From: an uncultured Verrucomicrobiae bacterium | GTDB taxonomy: Bacteria > Verrucomicrobiota > Verrucomicrobiia > Chthoniobacterales > UBA10450 | DNA: 64,000 bases | Reading direction: 5' to 3' | NCBI GenBank assembly: GCA_963844275.1 | Contig: CAWJNS010000005.1 | Span: 103,225-167,224 of the forward strand | Shown here: in pieces, positions 29,352-40,382 of the stretch | Position numbering within the stretch: position 1 is the first letter of the stretch | Layout of the letters: each line of letters starts with the position of its first letter | The notes under the pieces: model-generated | What the model saw: only the letters and a program-made list of their open reading frames with translations | What the model was told of the DNA's origin: nothing | The model's database searches: none | Translations under genes and position numbers: made by a program

Positions 29352-30462
29352 GGAGCGGGTCTGCCGGTTCTTCTGGCGTGTTGTTACTGGCCATGGCCCC
29401 ATCCGCGTGGAGTGGCTCGGTGATTGATTTTGTGTGCGGCGGAAGCGTGCGCACCACGGCGAAGGTGGATTCCGAGGAGCGGTAATTCACCGCCGTGTTG
29501 TAGTTTTGCAATTCCCTGCGCGATCGCCACGCCGAGTTGTTGACGGTATTCCGCAGTCGCAATCCGTCGGGCTTCCGCGGGATCATTCAGGAAGCCGGCC
29601 TCGAGCAGAAGCGCAGGGATCCGGATGTTCCGCAGGACCTTGAACCGCGCCTGCCGCACTCCGCGATCGTAGGCCGCGACGCGGGAGATGACGGCGGCGT
29701 GCACGGCAGCGGTGAGAGCGATGTTCAAGCCGTCCTGAGCGTTGCCGGGGTTCGCCCGCGTCTCAGGGTCGGACGCGTGCTCTTCCCCCTCGGACGCGCT
29801 CGAAGAGATGCCCTCCGGCGCCAGGGCGTAGCTCTCGATGCCGGCGGCTCCGCTGGCGGAATTAAAGTGAATGCTGACGAAGACGGCGTCGCTAAAACGG
29901 TTGGCGAAGTCGACCCGCTCCTCCAGCGAAAGGCCGGTATCGGTCGTCGCGTGTCATTTCCACTTTGAATCCTGCGCGCAGCAGCTCCTCGCGCGCGATG
30001 CAACGCCACGTCGAGCGCAAAAGCCTTTTCCGATGCCCCAGCTGTTGGCGGTGCCCTGGTCGGTGCCACCATGGCCCGGGTCGAGCACGACGGTCTCGAC
30101 CCGCTGCGCGTCGTGGATGCGGCTCGGGCGCAGGATGGGCTCGAGCAATTTGCCGACATCGAAGGCGGAAATGAGCTGGCCGTCGCTGTTCTCGACAAGC
30201 GGGTGGTAGGTGAAGAAGCGCACGCCGTTGATGTAGATCTCGCTCGCGCCGACCCGCGCGCGGATGCCGCGATGTTCGCTCCGGAGCGAGATTGTGCGGT
30301 TGGCGTCGCTGTAATCGCGGAAGTGGTAGAAATCCGCGACATTCTTGAAGCTGACGTAGTCGCGGTTCTGATGGCGGATGACCTTCCACTCGACGGCGCG
30401 GGCGGCGGCTCGTAGCAGAGAGCGAGAGCCAGGCAAAGGCCGAGGAGCTTGGCGCCGTCCAT
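29335..30462 (-). pseudogene. N-acetylmuramoyl-L-alanine amidase (Amidase_3), at least 4 frame changes; 3' end 29335 or 29384
   Basis: The pieces sit in alternating frames. They are the signal peptide MDGAKLLGLCLALAL, then VVLDPGHGGTDQGT, EKAFALDVAL, AREELLRAGFKVEMTRDD and PALLLEAGFLNDPAEARR. Confidence 0.85.
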
Positions 30463-30580
30463 GAACGCCGAACGTGGCTGGCCCTGCGCAGAGTGGCAAG
30501 TCTTCTAAGCCGGGTCGAGCGAGTTTCCCGCCCGGCTTTTGTTTTGCATTCGAAGCGGTCGTCTGGATGATTCCAGCCCG

Positions 30581-33213
30581 ATGTCCGAGTTGCCCAAAAA
30601 TTACGATCCCGGCGCCGTTGAGCCGAAGTGGTATCAGCGGTGGCTGGAGCGCGGCTATTTCCATGCCGATGCGAAGTCGGCCAAGCCGCCGTTCTCGATC
30701 GTCATTCCGCCGCCCAACATCACCGGCGTCCTGACGCTGGGTCATGTGTTGAATAACACGATCCAGGACATTCTCGCGCGTCGCGCGCGGATGCTCGGCT
30801 ACGAAGTGCTCTGGCTCCCGGGGACGGATCACGCGGGACTCGCCACGCAGACGGCGGTCGAGAAAGCGCTGCGCAAGGCCGAGAAGGTGACGCGGCACGA
30901 CCTCGGCCGGGAGGAATTCGTGCGGCGCACGTGGGAATGGCGGGAGAAACACGGGCGGCATCATTTTTGAGCAACTGAAGCGGCTCGGCTGCTCGTGCGA
31001 TTGGTCGCGGGAACGCTTCACGCTCGACGCAGGTTACGCGCGCGCCGTGCAGCAGGTGTTTGTCGATCTGCACGCGAAAGGGCCTGATCTATCGCGGCCG
31101 GCGCATGATCAACTGGGATCCGGCGGCGCTGACGGCGTTGTCCGACGAGGAAGTGATCCCGACGAAGCAGAAGGGCACGCTTTATTTCGTGCGCTACGAG
31201 CTGGTCGAGGAGCCGGGGCGTTTCATGGAAGTGGCGACGACGCGGCCGGAGACGATCATGGCGGACATGGCGCTCGCCGTGCATCCCGGAGATGCGCGCT
31301 ATCGCGATGTGATCGGCCGCAAGGTCTGGCGCCCGCTCGTGCGCGAGCAGCTGCCGGTCGTCGCCGATGACGGCGATCGATCCGGAGTTCGGCACCGGCG
31401 TGCTGAAAGTCACGCCCGCGCACGACAAGGTCGATTTCGAGATCGGGCAGCGGCACAGGCTGCCGGTCATCGACGTCCTGCATCCGGACGGGCGGATCAA
31501 TTGCCCCGCGCTGCCGGAGCTGGACGGGCTGGACCGTTTCGAGGCGCGCAAGACGAGCCGCGGAGCTGCTGCGCGAGCGCGGCCTTCTCGGCGAAGGAGG
31601 AGCCGCACGAGAACACCGTCGGCTTCAGCGAGCGCGCCGGCGTCCCGATCGAGCCGCGGCTGAGCGAGCAGTGGTTTCTGCGTTATCCGAAAACGGAGGA
31701 AGCGCTCGCCGTCGTGCGCGAGCACCTGATCCGGTTCTTCCCGACGCATTGGGAGAAGGTTTACGAGCAATGGCTGACGAACATTCAGGATTGGTGCATC
31801 AGCCGGCAGGTCTGGTGGGGCCATCGCATTCCGGCGTGGTATGGGCCTGACGAGCGAGATCCGCGTGCAATTCGAATCGCCGGGCGCGGAATGGCGGCAG
31901 GACGAGGACACGCTCGATACCTGGTTCTCGTCGTGGCTCTGGGCTTACGAAACGATGGATGCGGAGACGCGGGCGAAGTTTTATCCGACGTCGGTGCTGG
32001 TGACCGCGCCGGATATCATTTTCTTCTGGGTGGCGCGCATGATCATCGCCGGGCTTGGAGTTCAAGCCGGGAAAATCCGAGCGCGTCGAAGACAACATTG
32101 CCGTTCCGCGACGTCTATTTCACCGGGCTGATCCGCGACCGCGAAGGGGCGGAAGATGAGCAAGTCGTTAGGCAATTCGCCCGACCCGCTCGAGCTGATC
32201 GGCGAAGTATGGCGCCGACGGGTTGCGCTTCGGTCTGATGCGGATCGCGCCGAGCGGCCAGGACATTCGCTTCGACGAGAAGCAGATCGAAGAGGGGCGC
32301 AACTTCGCAACCAAGCTTTGGAACGCCGCGCGCTTCCGGCAGATGCATGGTCCCAGCGCGCGCGAGGTGAAGCTGGCGGAATACCCGCTCTCGATTTACG
32401 CCCTCGAGGTGCTGGCGCGTCTCGATGAGTCGATCGCGGCGATCGAAACCGCCTACGCGGAATATCGCTTCAACGAAGTGGTGCAGCGGCTCTACGATTT
32501 TTTCTGGAACGACTACTGCGACTGGTTCATCGAAGCGGCCAAGACGGATATTTTTGCCGAGGACGCCGCGCGCAAGGCCGCCGTTCTCGCGGTCATGGAT
32601 CACGTTCTCTGCGGCGGTGCTGCGGTTGCTGCATCCGTTGATGCCGCATATCACGGAGGAGCTCTGGGCGTTGCTCGGGTTTGCGCAGACCGCTGACGAC
32701 ACGATCCAATTTACCGCCCCACCGCAGCCGAGCGCGATCGAGTCGGCCGAGGCTCGCCGCAAGGTGAATTCCATCTACAACACTGTCCGGGCGGGACGCA
32801 ACCTGCGGGCGGAATCCCGGGTGCCGTCGAACAAGCGGGTGCCGTTTGTCCTCCGCGCGGGTGATTCCACCGTCGCGGAAGAGTTGCCAACCCTGGCGCG
32901 TTTGCTGAACGCCGAGCAATTGTTGATCGAGCCCGCCTATACCGCGGCCACAGGTGTGCCGGTGGCTGTGACCGACCTTGGTGAACTCTATCTCGTCACG
33001 GAGATAAACGCCGATGCCGGCGCGGAGCGGGAGCGTCTCGAGAAGGAAATTGCGAAGCTCGAAAACGAGCTGAAAGCGACGAACCGGAAGCTGGCGAACT
33101 CCTCGTTCGTCGACCGTGCGCCGGCGGACGTGGTCGAGGAACACCGGCAGCGGGTGGTCAAGTTTACCGAGAAGCTGGCGCAGTTGCGGACTGCGCGAGA
33201 AGGGCTGCAGTAA
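30581..33213 (+). pseudogene. valS: valine--tRNA ligase, 11 frame changes
   Basis: Includes PPPNITGVLTLGHVLN (HIGH region), ...[15 protein letters not shown] and KMSKSLGNS (KMSKS), and ends in a C-terminal coiled coil. The reading passes through frames 2,0,1,2,0,1,2,0,1,2,0,1 (coordinate mod 3). Confidence 0.95.
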
Positions 33214-33910
33214 GCGTGACGCGATGCCGGTCGATCTCGGCGGCGCGCCTGGCGAAATAATCGCGCAGCTCGGGCGTGTACCAGGTTCCATCGAACTCGC
33301 GGTTAAATTCGAGGTGAATGCGGCCGGTCGGCCGAAGATGGTGCAGCGCATCAGCGAGGAAAAAGTTCCACTCGGCGGGACCCCAGACGCGCTCGGTCTT
33401 GTGATCATTGAAACAGATCATATGCGCGGTGATGAGATCGAATTTTTCTCCCAGATCGGGGAGCGCGACGTGACGCTCGATTCGCCAGATCACGCGCGGA
33501 ACGCCGAGCAACTTCGTGATGTCGGTAAACATCGGCGACTCGTCGAGGTCGAGGCCGAGCACATCGTGACCGAGCCATTTGCAGATGTAGAGGAAGTAGC
33601 CGGCGCCGCAGCCGATATCGAGCACGCGCTTGCGGAAGCCGAAGTCGAGTTCGAGATCCCGCACCCGCCGGATGTTCCGTTCCACCCAAGGGTGAATCGC
33701 GAGGTATTTCTCCGGAGCGTCGCCCGGATTTTCGACCCCGTGCCGCTCTTGAATGGCCTCAAATTCCTGTCGATCGACACTTGCGATAATCCGCTCTGGA
33801 TCGACGCGAAACACAAACCGGCGGGTCAGAAAAAAGCGGCCCGCGTGTCGCCGCATGCTCGTGAGCAAGCGTGGGTCCACGAGCTTCTTGATTTTATGCG
33901 TGAGGTGCAT
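33164..33910 (-). CDS. class I SAM-dependent methyltransferase
   Basis: Intact 248-aa ORF with motif I VLDIGCGAGYF. Its 3' end overlaps the valS 3' end by 50 nt (convergent). Confidence 0.75.
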   Translation of the reverse strand: MHLTHKIKKLVDPRLLTSMRRHAGRFFLTRRFVFRVDPERIIASVDRQEFEAIQERHGVENPGDAPEKYLAIHPWVERNIRRVRDLELDFGFRKRVLDIGCGAGYFLYICKWLGHDVLGLDLDESPMFTDITKLLGVPRVIWRIERHVALPDLGEKFDLITAHMICFNDHKTERVWGPAEWNFFLADALHHLRPTGRIHLEFNREFDGTWYTPELRDYFARRAAEIDRHRVTLTAALLAQSATAPASR

Positions 33911-34028
33911 TCGAGAGCGGTTTCCGTAAGTGCAGCGCGGCGCGAAGTCAAAGAATCAGCGCCGCAAGCGCAATCGCTTGGAGTCTGCCTCGGCTTTCCA
34001 CTACATTTGCGCCAACCATGAGCAAGAT

Positions 34029-36085
34029 ATGAGTCTCTGGAAACGAATCCTCTGGATTCTGGTCAGTGTGCTCGGGCTGGGCGCGGTCGCGGTCCTGGCG
34101 ATGAGTCGCGGTGAGCCGGTCAACGCCCTCTGGATCATCGTGGCGGGGGCGTGCGCGTTTGCGATCAGTTACCGCTTCTACAGCAAGTGGCTGGCGACCA
34201 AGGTTCTCGTCCTGAATGACGAGCGCGCCACGCCGGCGATCGTGCAGGAAGACGGCAAGGATTTCGTGCCGACCAATCGCTGGATGGCCTTTGGTCATCA
34301 CTTCGCGGCGATCGCGGGGCCCGGGCCGCTGGTCGGGCCTGTCCTGGCCGCGCAGTTCGGCTTTCTGCCCGGGAACGCTCTGGATTCTGATCGGCGCCAC
34401 GCTGGGTGGCGGCGTGCACGATATGATCGTGCTTTTCGCTTCGGTGCGACGGCGGGGCAAGACGCTGGGGCAGATGGTGAAGGAGGAGATCGGGCGCGGA
34501 GTCGGTGCGCTCGCGCTGATCAGCGTCCTCGCGATCATGATCATTCTGATGGCGGTGCTGGCGCTGGTGGTCGTGCAGGCGCTCGCCAAAAGTCCGTGGG
34601 GCGTCTTCACCATCGCGACCACGATTCCGACGTCGCGCTCATCATGGGACTCGGCACTGCGCAGCGGGCGGGTCAATGTCGGCTGGATGACGCGCGTTCG
34701 GACTGGTGGCCTTGGCGTTCGGCGTCTGGGGCGGGCAATTCCTCTCCCATTTCCCGCATGCTGCAGAGCTGGTTCATGCGCGATGAGAAATGGCTGGCGT
34801 GGGCGCTGATGATCTACGGCCTTCGCCGCTTCCACTTTGCCCGTCTGGCTGCTGCTGACGCCGCGCGATTATCTGAGCACGTTCCTCAAGCTCGGCACGG
34901 TGGCGGCGATGGCGATCGCGGTGGTGGCGCTGATCGGCCAACGCTGCTCATGCCGTCCATCTCGCGCTTCATCGACGGCACCGGTCCCGTCTTCGCCGGC
35001 CCGGTGTTTCCATTCGTCTGCATCACGATCGCCTGCGGAGCGGTCTCGGGATTCCACTCTCTGATCGCCTCCGGGACGACGCCGAAGATGCTGGCGCGCG
35101 AATCGCGCATCCGCGACATCGGCTACGGCGCAATGGTGATGGAAATGATGGTCGCGCTGATGGCGATGATCGCCGCCTGCGTGCTGGAGCCGGGCGCAGT
35201 ATTTCGCGATCAACACCAAAGGCGCGCCGGCGGAAGTGGTGGCCAGGATCAGCGCCGCCGGGTTTCCCGTGACCGAAGCAGGCATGCAACAGCTCGCCGC
35301 CACGCTGGGCGAGAGCACGATGTTCGGGCGGGCCGGCGGAGCGCCGACTTTCGCCGTGGGCATGGCGCACATGTTTGCGCAGGTCTTTGCCAGTCCGACG
35401 GCGCTCGCCCTTTGGTATCACTTCGCGATCATGTTCGAGGCGTTGTTCATCCTGACGACGCTCGATGCCGGGACGCGCGTCGGTCGCTTTCTGCTTGCAG
35501 GATTTGCTCGGCAACATCTGGCGACCGCTCGGTGACACGACTGCGCTGGGGCGCGAATCTGCTCGCGAGCGTGTTGCTGGTCGCGGCCTGGGGCTGGTTT
35601 CTTTATCAGGGCGTGATCGATCCACTCGGGCGGGATCAACAGCCTCTGGCCGCTCTTTGGCCTCGCCAATCAGCTGCTCTCCGTGATCGCGCTTTGCCTC
35701 GGCACGACGTTGCTGATCAAGATGGCGAAAGTGCGCTACGTCTGGGTCACGCTCGTGCCGCTGTGCTTCATGTGCGTGGTCACGTTCTCCGCCGGCTACA
35801 TCAAGATTTTCTCGCCGGACCCGAAGGTGGGTTTTCTCAGCGGCGCGGCGGCCCTGACCGAGTCCGCGGCCGCTAGACGCACCCGAGAAAGCGGCCGCCC
35901 TGATCCGGCAGGCGGGCGTGTGGCGCCTCGATGCTCTGGTCGCGTTTGCCTTCCTCGCGCTTGTCAGTCTGATCGTCGCCGGCTCGGCATTGGAGTGGTG
36001 GCGGCTGCTGCGCGGAACCAAGCCGATCGTGCTGCACGAAGGCGAGTTCGTGCGACTCACCGCCGCGGAAACTGCCGGGACCTAA
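34029..36085 (+). pseudogene. cstA: carbon starvation protein A (CstA family transporter), at least 10 frame changes
   Basis: CstA-typical blocks are spread over all three frames. They are [81 protein letters not shown] and [26 protein letters not shown]. Confidence 0.9.
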
Positions 36086-36087
36086 CC

Positions 36088-36528
36088 CTAGCGCCGCCGC
36101 AGGGGCACCACGATTTCCTGATCGCGACGCCCCAGAATCACCTGTCCGTCTTGGATCGCTTTCACGGTGATCTGATACGTCTGGGTGCCGATCTGCAATC
36201 CGAAGGCCTGGCCTTCGTTCATGACCTTGCCATTGATGATGGCATAGCGTCCGCTGGAATCGACCGTGATTGAAGTGACGGCGAAGGCAGAGGCTTGCAC
36301 GTCGGGACCGCCATGATCGCCGGCGCGGTTTTGGACCGGGGCCGGTTTCCAACCGATCGGCCAAAATGGACTGCGGGCGTTCTCTTCGAGCACGAAGGAC
36401 GACTTGTATTTCAGTTCGAGCCTCGGCCGATCGCTCGCCGAGATCGCGGAAGGATCCACCGCATTTTCAGCAGCAAGGATTCGGAGAGAACAAACTCCCA
36501 AAGCGACGGTGCAGGTTAGTTTCTTCAT
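36088..36528 (-). CDS. PilP-like / pilus-assembly accessory protein (secreted)
   Basis: This is the fourth gene of the pilMNO cluster. It has a signal peptide and a C-terminal beta domain ([15 protein letters not shown]...). The assignment rests on position and weak similarity. Confidence 0.5.
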   Translation of the reverse strand: MKKLTCTVALGVCSLRILAAENAVDPSAISASDRPRLELKYKSSFVLEENARSPFWPIGWKPAPVQNRAGDHGGPDVQASAFAVTSITVDSSGRYAIINGKVMNEGQAFGLQIGTQTYQITVKAIQDGQVILGRRDQEIVVPLRRR

Positions 36529-37094
36529 CGCTTGGTGATGGTTGAGTGCGCGACCAGGTTCACCTGCTGGAATTGCGGATTTTCAGCGCTGGCGCGAATC
36601 GTGAGGCGGGTCACGGCCAGGAGGGGGTCGGTGTTTTCCAGCTCCGCAAGGGCTTTGCCGACAGTGGCGAATTCGGTCTGCGGAAGATCGATCACCCACG
36701 TATAGCGCGACCACTGTTCCAACTCCGGCTCCTTGAAGGCGCCGGTAGTGTCGAGCCGCGCGTTGGAGCGGTCGATCCGCTGATTGGCAAAGAAGGCTTT
36801 CAGGCGCGGTGGGAACCAGGCGATCGGGGCGCCTTCCGGACTTAGGGCCTGCAGGGCGGCGAACCGGGTCGTCGCGCTGCTGGCCTCTCTCTCCAGCTTG
36901 GCTGCCCTGTCCATTTCAGTCTTGGAGGAAGCGAGTTTGTGCTGCAGATCGGCCATGGTTCGCTCCGCATTCGCGCGGCCGTTGTTGAGCGGCCCAAGGA
37001 AAAAGGAGAAGTAGACGTAAAGGAGGGCGACGAAGCCGATTGTGCTGAGCGCGAGCTTCTGAATCTGGTCCTTGGTTAATCTGTTCTCGTTCAT
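36525..37094 (-). CDS. pilO: type IV pilus assembly protein PilO-like
   Basis: One N-terminal TM segment, a coiled coil and a C-terminal domain. Its stop/start overlaps both neighbours. Confidence 0.65.
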   Translation of the reverse strand: MNENRLTKDQIQKLALSTIGFVALLYVYFSFFLGPLNNGRANAERTMADLQHKLASSKTEMDRAAKLEREASSATTRFAALQALSPEGAPIAWFPPRLKAFFANQRIDRSNARLDTTGAFKEPELEQWSRYTWVIDLPQTEFATVGKALAELENTDPLLAVTRLTIRASAENPQFQQVNLVAHSTITKR

Positions 37095-37747
37095 TTCTTG
37101 GAGCCGCCTGGCGTGGAGTTGGCGGCGGCTTTCGGGGCCTCCGGGTTGAGCGGCCTAAGAGTGACGCTGATGTTATAGCGTGCCATGGCCATGGTCACGC
37201 CGGCCACGCTCACCACCGTGTCGAGATCCTCCAGCGTCTTGAATTCCACTTTCACGTCGGTGTAGCGCTGGGCGAGTTGCTCGCTCAGGAGTTGGCGCAG
37301 TTCCTCGGCGGCGGAGCGCGGCTCGCGGCCGGCGGCCGTGCCGTCCAGGTTGAGGGTCACGGTCTTACGGTCTTCCGAGAGGGCGCCATCGAAGGCGGTC
37401 AGTTGCGCATTCGGCGCGACGCAACGCGAGAGAGTCTGCAGCAGCGGGGCCCAGTAGAACCGCTCATCGATCATACGATCGAGGACCTTGGTGGTGCTAA
37501 TGATGTGGGTCAGCTCCGTGGACCGCTTTTGCGCGGCGGTGACGCTTGGCTCCACCTTGGCCCATTCCCGTTGCACGCCCGCAAGGCGGTTCTTGATCGC
37601 GAGCGTCTGGTAGCCTTTCCACACGTAGAAGAAGGCCATGAGCACTCCGACCACGACCAGCAGCATCATGCTGATCTTGAGCGGATCGCGCTGGCGCTGG
37701 CGCTCGGCCGAAATTTCCTCGTGCAGGAGGTTGAGGTGCAGAGCCAT
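37091..37747 (-). CDS. pilN: type IV pilus assembly protein PilN-like
   Basis: N-terminal LNLLHEE (INLLP-like motif), one TM segment and a periplasmic domain. Confidence 0.65.
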   Translation of the reverse strand: MALHLNLLHEEISAERQRQRDPLKISMMLLVVVGVLMAFFYVWKGYQTLAIKNRLAGVQREWAKVEPSVTAAQKRSTELTHIISTTKVLDRMIDERFYWAPLLQTLSRCVAPNAQLTAFDGALSEDRKTVTLNLDGTAAGREPRSAAEELRQLLSEQLAQRYTDVKVEFKTLEDLDTVVSVAGVTMAMARYNISVTLRPLNPEAPKAAANSTPGGSKK

Positions 37748-37750
37748 GAC

Positions 37751-38812
37751 TCAGTTCCGCAGGTACTCGAAGGCCGCCCCGCAGGCGACATTGAGCGAGA
37801 CGAACTCGCTTGGCAGGGCCTGGCGTTTCGCCGCCGGCAGGGCGACTTCACAGCACTCCAGCGGGTCCCAGATTTCACACGGCAGTCCGAGCTCATCGCT
37901 TAGGATCTGCAGAACGGTCTCGGTGCGTGCGAGACCGCCGGAAACAAAGACGCGGTGAATGCTTTCTTCGCGTTGCCCTTCGAAGAAGCCGATTGAGTTA
38001 CGCACTTCAGTGGCGAGGCGGACAAGGGAGGTGCGGCAAATCTCGGCCATCCCGGGATCGCCTTCGGTCATCATCAGCTGCGCGGCCCCGGCCTCGAGCG
38101 CGCCGTCGGCGGTGAGTGCCTGCAGCAGCGCTTTGCCGCCGTAATCAATCCCGCGCACGAGCACCAGTTCCTTCTTGCTCCCGATCAGCACCGTGCTTTG
38201 GAGGTGCCCCATGTCGAGGAGCATGAAGGTGTCGTTGGCAAAAGTTTCGGGGTAGGCGCACTCGAACGCATTGAAGGAGCAGACCGGCGCCAGCTGCAGG
38301 ATATCGACCGAGACCCGCATCTTGCTCATCGCATCGGTGATCTGCTTCACGGCCGGCCGCAGCATTCCGCCGACGAGGTATTTCTTGGCCACGACGGCCG
38401 TCGCGACGCCGCCTTCGCGCGGTGACTCTGGCGCATGGCCATTGCTGCCATTCGCGGTGACGGGCGCGCAATCGAGCACAAAATCCTTACACTCCTGGTT
38501 CAGAACCGCGAGGCCGTTCAGGCGCAGCGCATTGCGGAGCAGATCTACGGGCGTATCCGGTTGCTCGATGATCCGGAGGAGCGCGTCCGGATCGGAAACG
38601 CCGATCGCGCATCCGCTCGCGGTCCCGAGATCTCTCAGCAGCACCTTCAGCTCCTGGGCGAGGGCGTCGGCCGTTTGGAGTTGTTCAGGAATTTCGCGGG
38701 AGGAATAACTCGTGAGAACGTAGCGGTTGTCGCCCTTGCGCTGGAGCAAAACGCCTTTCAGCGCGTGCTTCCCGAGGTCGATGCCGATGACAGAATTGCC
38801 GCGTTTCGCCAT
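37751..38812 (-). CDS. pilM: type IV pilus assembly ATPase-fold protein PilM
   Basis: Starts VIGIDLGKHALKGVLL. Actin-like fold of 353 aa, intact. Confidence 0.8.
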   Translation of the reverse strand: MAKRGNSVIGIDLGKHALKGVLLQRKGDNRYVLTSYSSREIPEQLQTADALAQELKVLLRDLGTASGCAIGVSDPDALLRIIEQPDTPVDLLRNALRLNGLAVLNQECKDFVLDCAPVTANGSNGHAPESPREGGVATAVVAKKYLVGGMLRPAVKQITDAMSKMRVSVDILQLAPVCSFNAFECAYPETFANDTFMLLDMGHLQSTVLIGSKKELVLVRGIDYGGKALLQALTADGALEAGAAQLMMTEGDPGMAEICRTSLVRLATEVRNSIGFFEGQREESIHRVFVSGGLARTETVLQILSDELGLPCEIWDPLECCEVALPAAKRQALPSEFVSLNVACGAAFEYLRN

Positions 38813-38902
38813 GGTCGTGTCAAACCATGTAGCGGGAAGCGTGCCGACACTGCCGCTTTTCCCGGTTTTGGCGCCGGCTCCAGCGTAAAAAGATGCGCGT
38901 GC

Positions 38903-40316
38903 CTACACCGCCGCCTCGGCGCGATAACCAAAAAACTGGCGCGCCTTTATGATCTGCACCACCTCCGGCGGCACCATCGTTTCCCACGATGGATCGCCGG
39001 ATTGCAGCTTCTCCAGCGCCACCGGCGGATGGATCCGCAGGTAATCCGGATTGTAGTCGGTGATTTCCTGGATGAACTGGTTGTCGATCAGATATTGGAA
39101 AAGGGAACGGAGATTCGGGGCCACGTCGAGGCTGGTTGCGGTTACCAGCTGGCCGCTTTCCTCATCGATCATCGGATAGACGTAGAGTTTCAGCCCGCCT
39201 TTGAACATTCGGCCGAGCGCCTCCAGAATCCCGCCTTCCAGGTTCAGGTAATACTTCTCGTCGAAGATCTCCATTAACGTCGGGACGCCCATGACGAGGC
39301 CGATCATCTTGTTGGTGTAGCGCGCGAGATAGGCGGCCAGCCGGTAATATTCACCAAACTTCGAGATCAGCACCGTTCGCCCGAGCGCGCCGAGAATGTC
39401 GACCCGGGCGAGGAAATCGGCGTGGTTCAGTTGCCCTTCGGAGAGGAGGTTCTCGAGCGTCATCTCCATCAGCACGACCAGATCTTCCTCGGAATACCCG
39501 TACTGCTGCAGAAAGAGCGCCGCGCGCGCCGTTCAGCATGTCGTTCGTCGCGTAGGTTACCGGCCGGAAACTGCCGCGTTCCACGAGGATCGCTTTCTTG
39601 TAGAAAACTTCCGCCGGTTGCACCGTCTCGCCGTCGGCGGTGAACATGATGGCATCGGTCAATCCCTGGCTCACCAGCTGCAGACTCATCAGTCGATTGT
39701 CGACCCCTGCGTAGGCCGGCCCGGAAAACTTGATCATGTCCACCTGGATGCGGTTGTCGGCCAGGTTCTCCTGAAGCGACGCGATCAGCTGCTCCGGCTG
39801 GTGATGGTAAAACGCGCCGTAGAGCAGATTCACGCCCACGATGCCGAGCGCTTCCTGCTGCTCGACGTTTTCTTGATCGAGCATCCGCACGTGCACGATG
39901 ATCTGACTCGGTTCGCCGCGCGTTTCGGTCTGGAAACGAACCCCGAGCCAGCCGTGCGATTCGTTGTGCTGCTTGAAGCTGCGCGCCGCCACCGTGTCGG
40001 CGAAGACGAAGAACGTCCGTTCACCGCCGAGCTTCTGGTCGAGGCGCTCGACCAGCAGCTTGTATTCGTGATCGAGCATTGTCTGCAGACGACTGCGGCT
40101 GACATAGCGGTCGGCGGTGCCGTAGATCGCGTCGCTGAAGGTCATGTCGTAGGCCGACATCGTTTTTGCCACCGTGCCCGAGGCGCCGCCGACATGAAAA
40201 AAACGACGTGCCACCTCCTGTCCCGCTCCGATCTCGGCAAACGTGCCGTATTTCGGGGGATCGAGATTGATTTGGAACGCCTTCTTGTTCGTTCCCACAT
40301 TCATCTCCGCGCTCAT
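38903..40316 (-). pseudogene. conserved hypothetical protein (~470 aa), one frame change near 39500
   Basis: ORF 39351..40316 (LDPPKYGTFAEIGAGQEVARRFF...) continues in ORF 38903..39475 via ...GARGALFLQQYGYSEEDLVVLMEMTL. I recognise the family as conserved but know of no established function. Confidence 0.6.
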
Positions 40317-40382
40317 TGGTTCTCAAGATGTGGACAATCGCAGCGCTTCTCAACCCGTCGCCGATCACCCGCGCGGGGCTGG

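Noticed and set aside
29954-31021. 355-aa minus-strand ORF spanning the amidase/valS boundary.
   Set aside because: Only its 3' third (below ~30400) is genuine amidase sequence. The remainder is antisense to the valS 5' region and the intergenic DNA.
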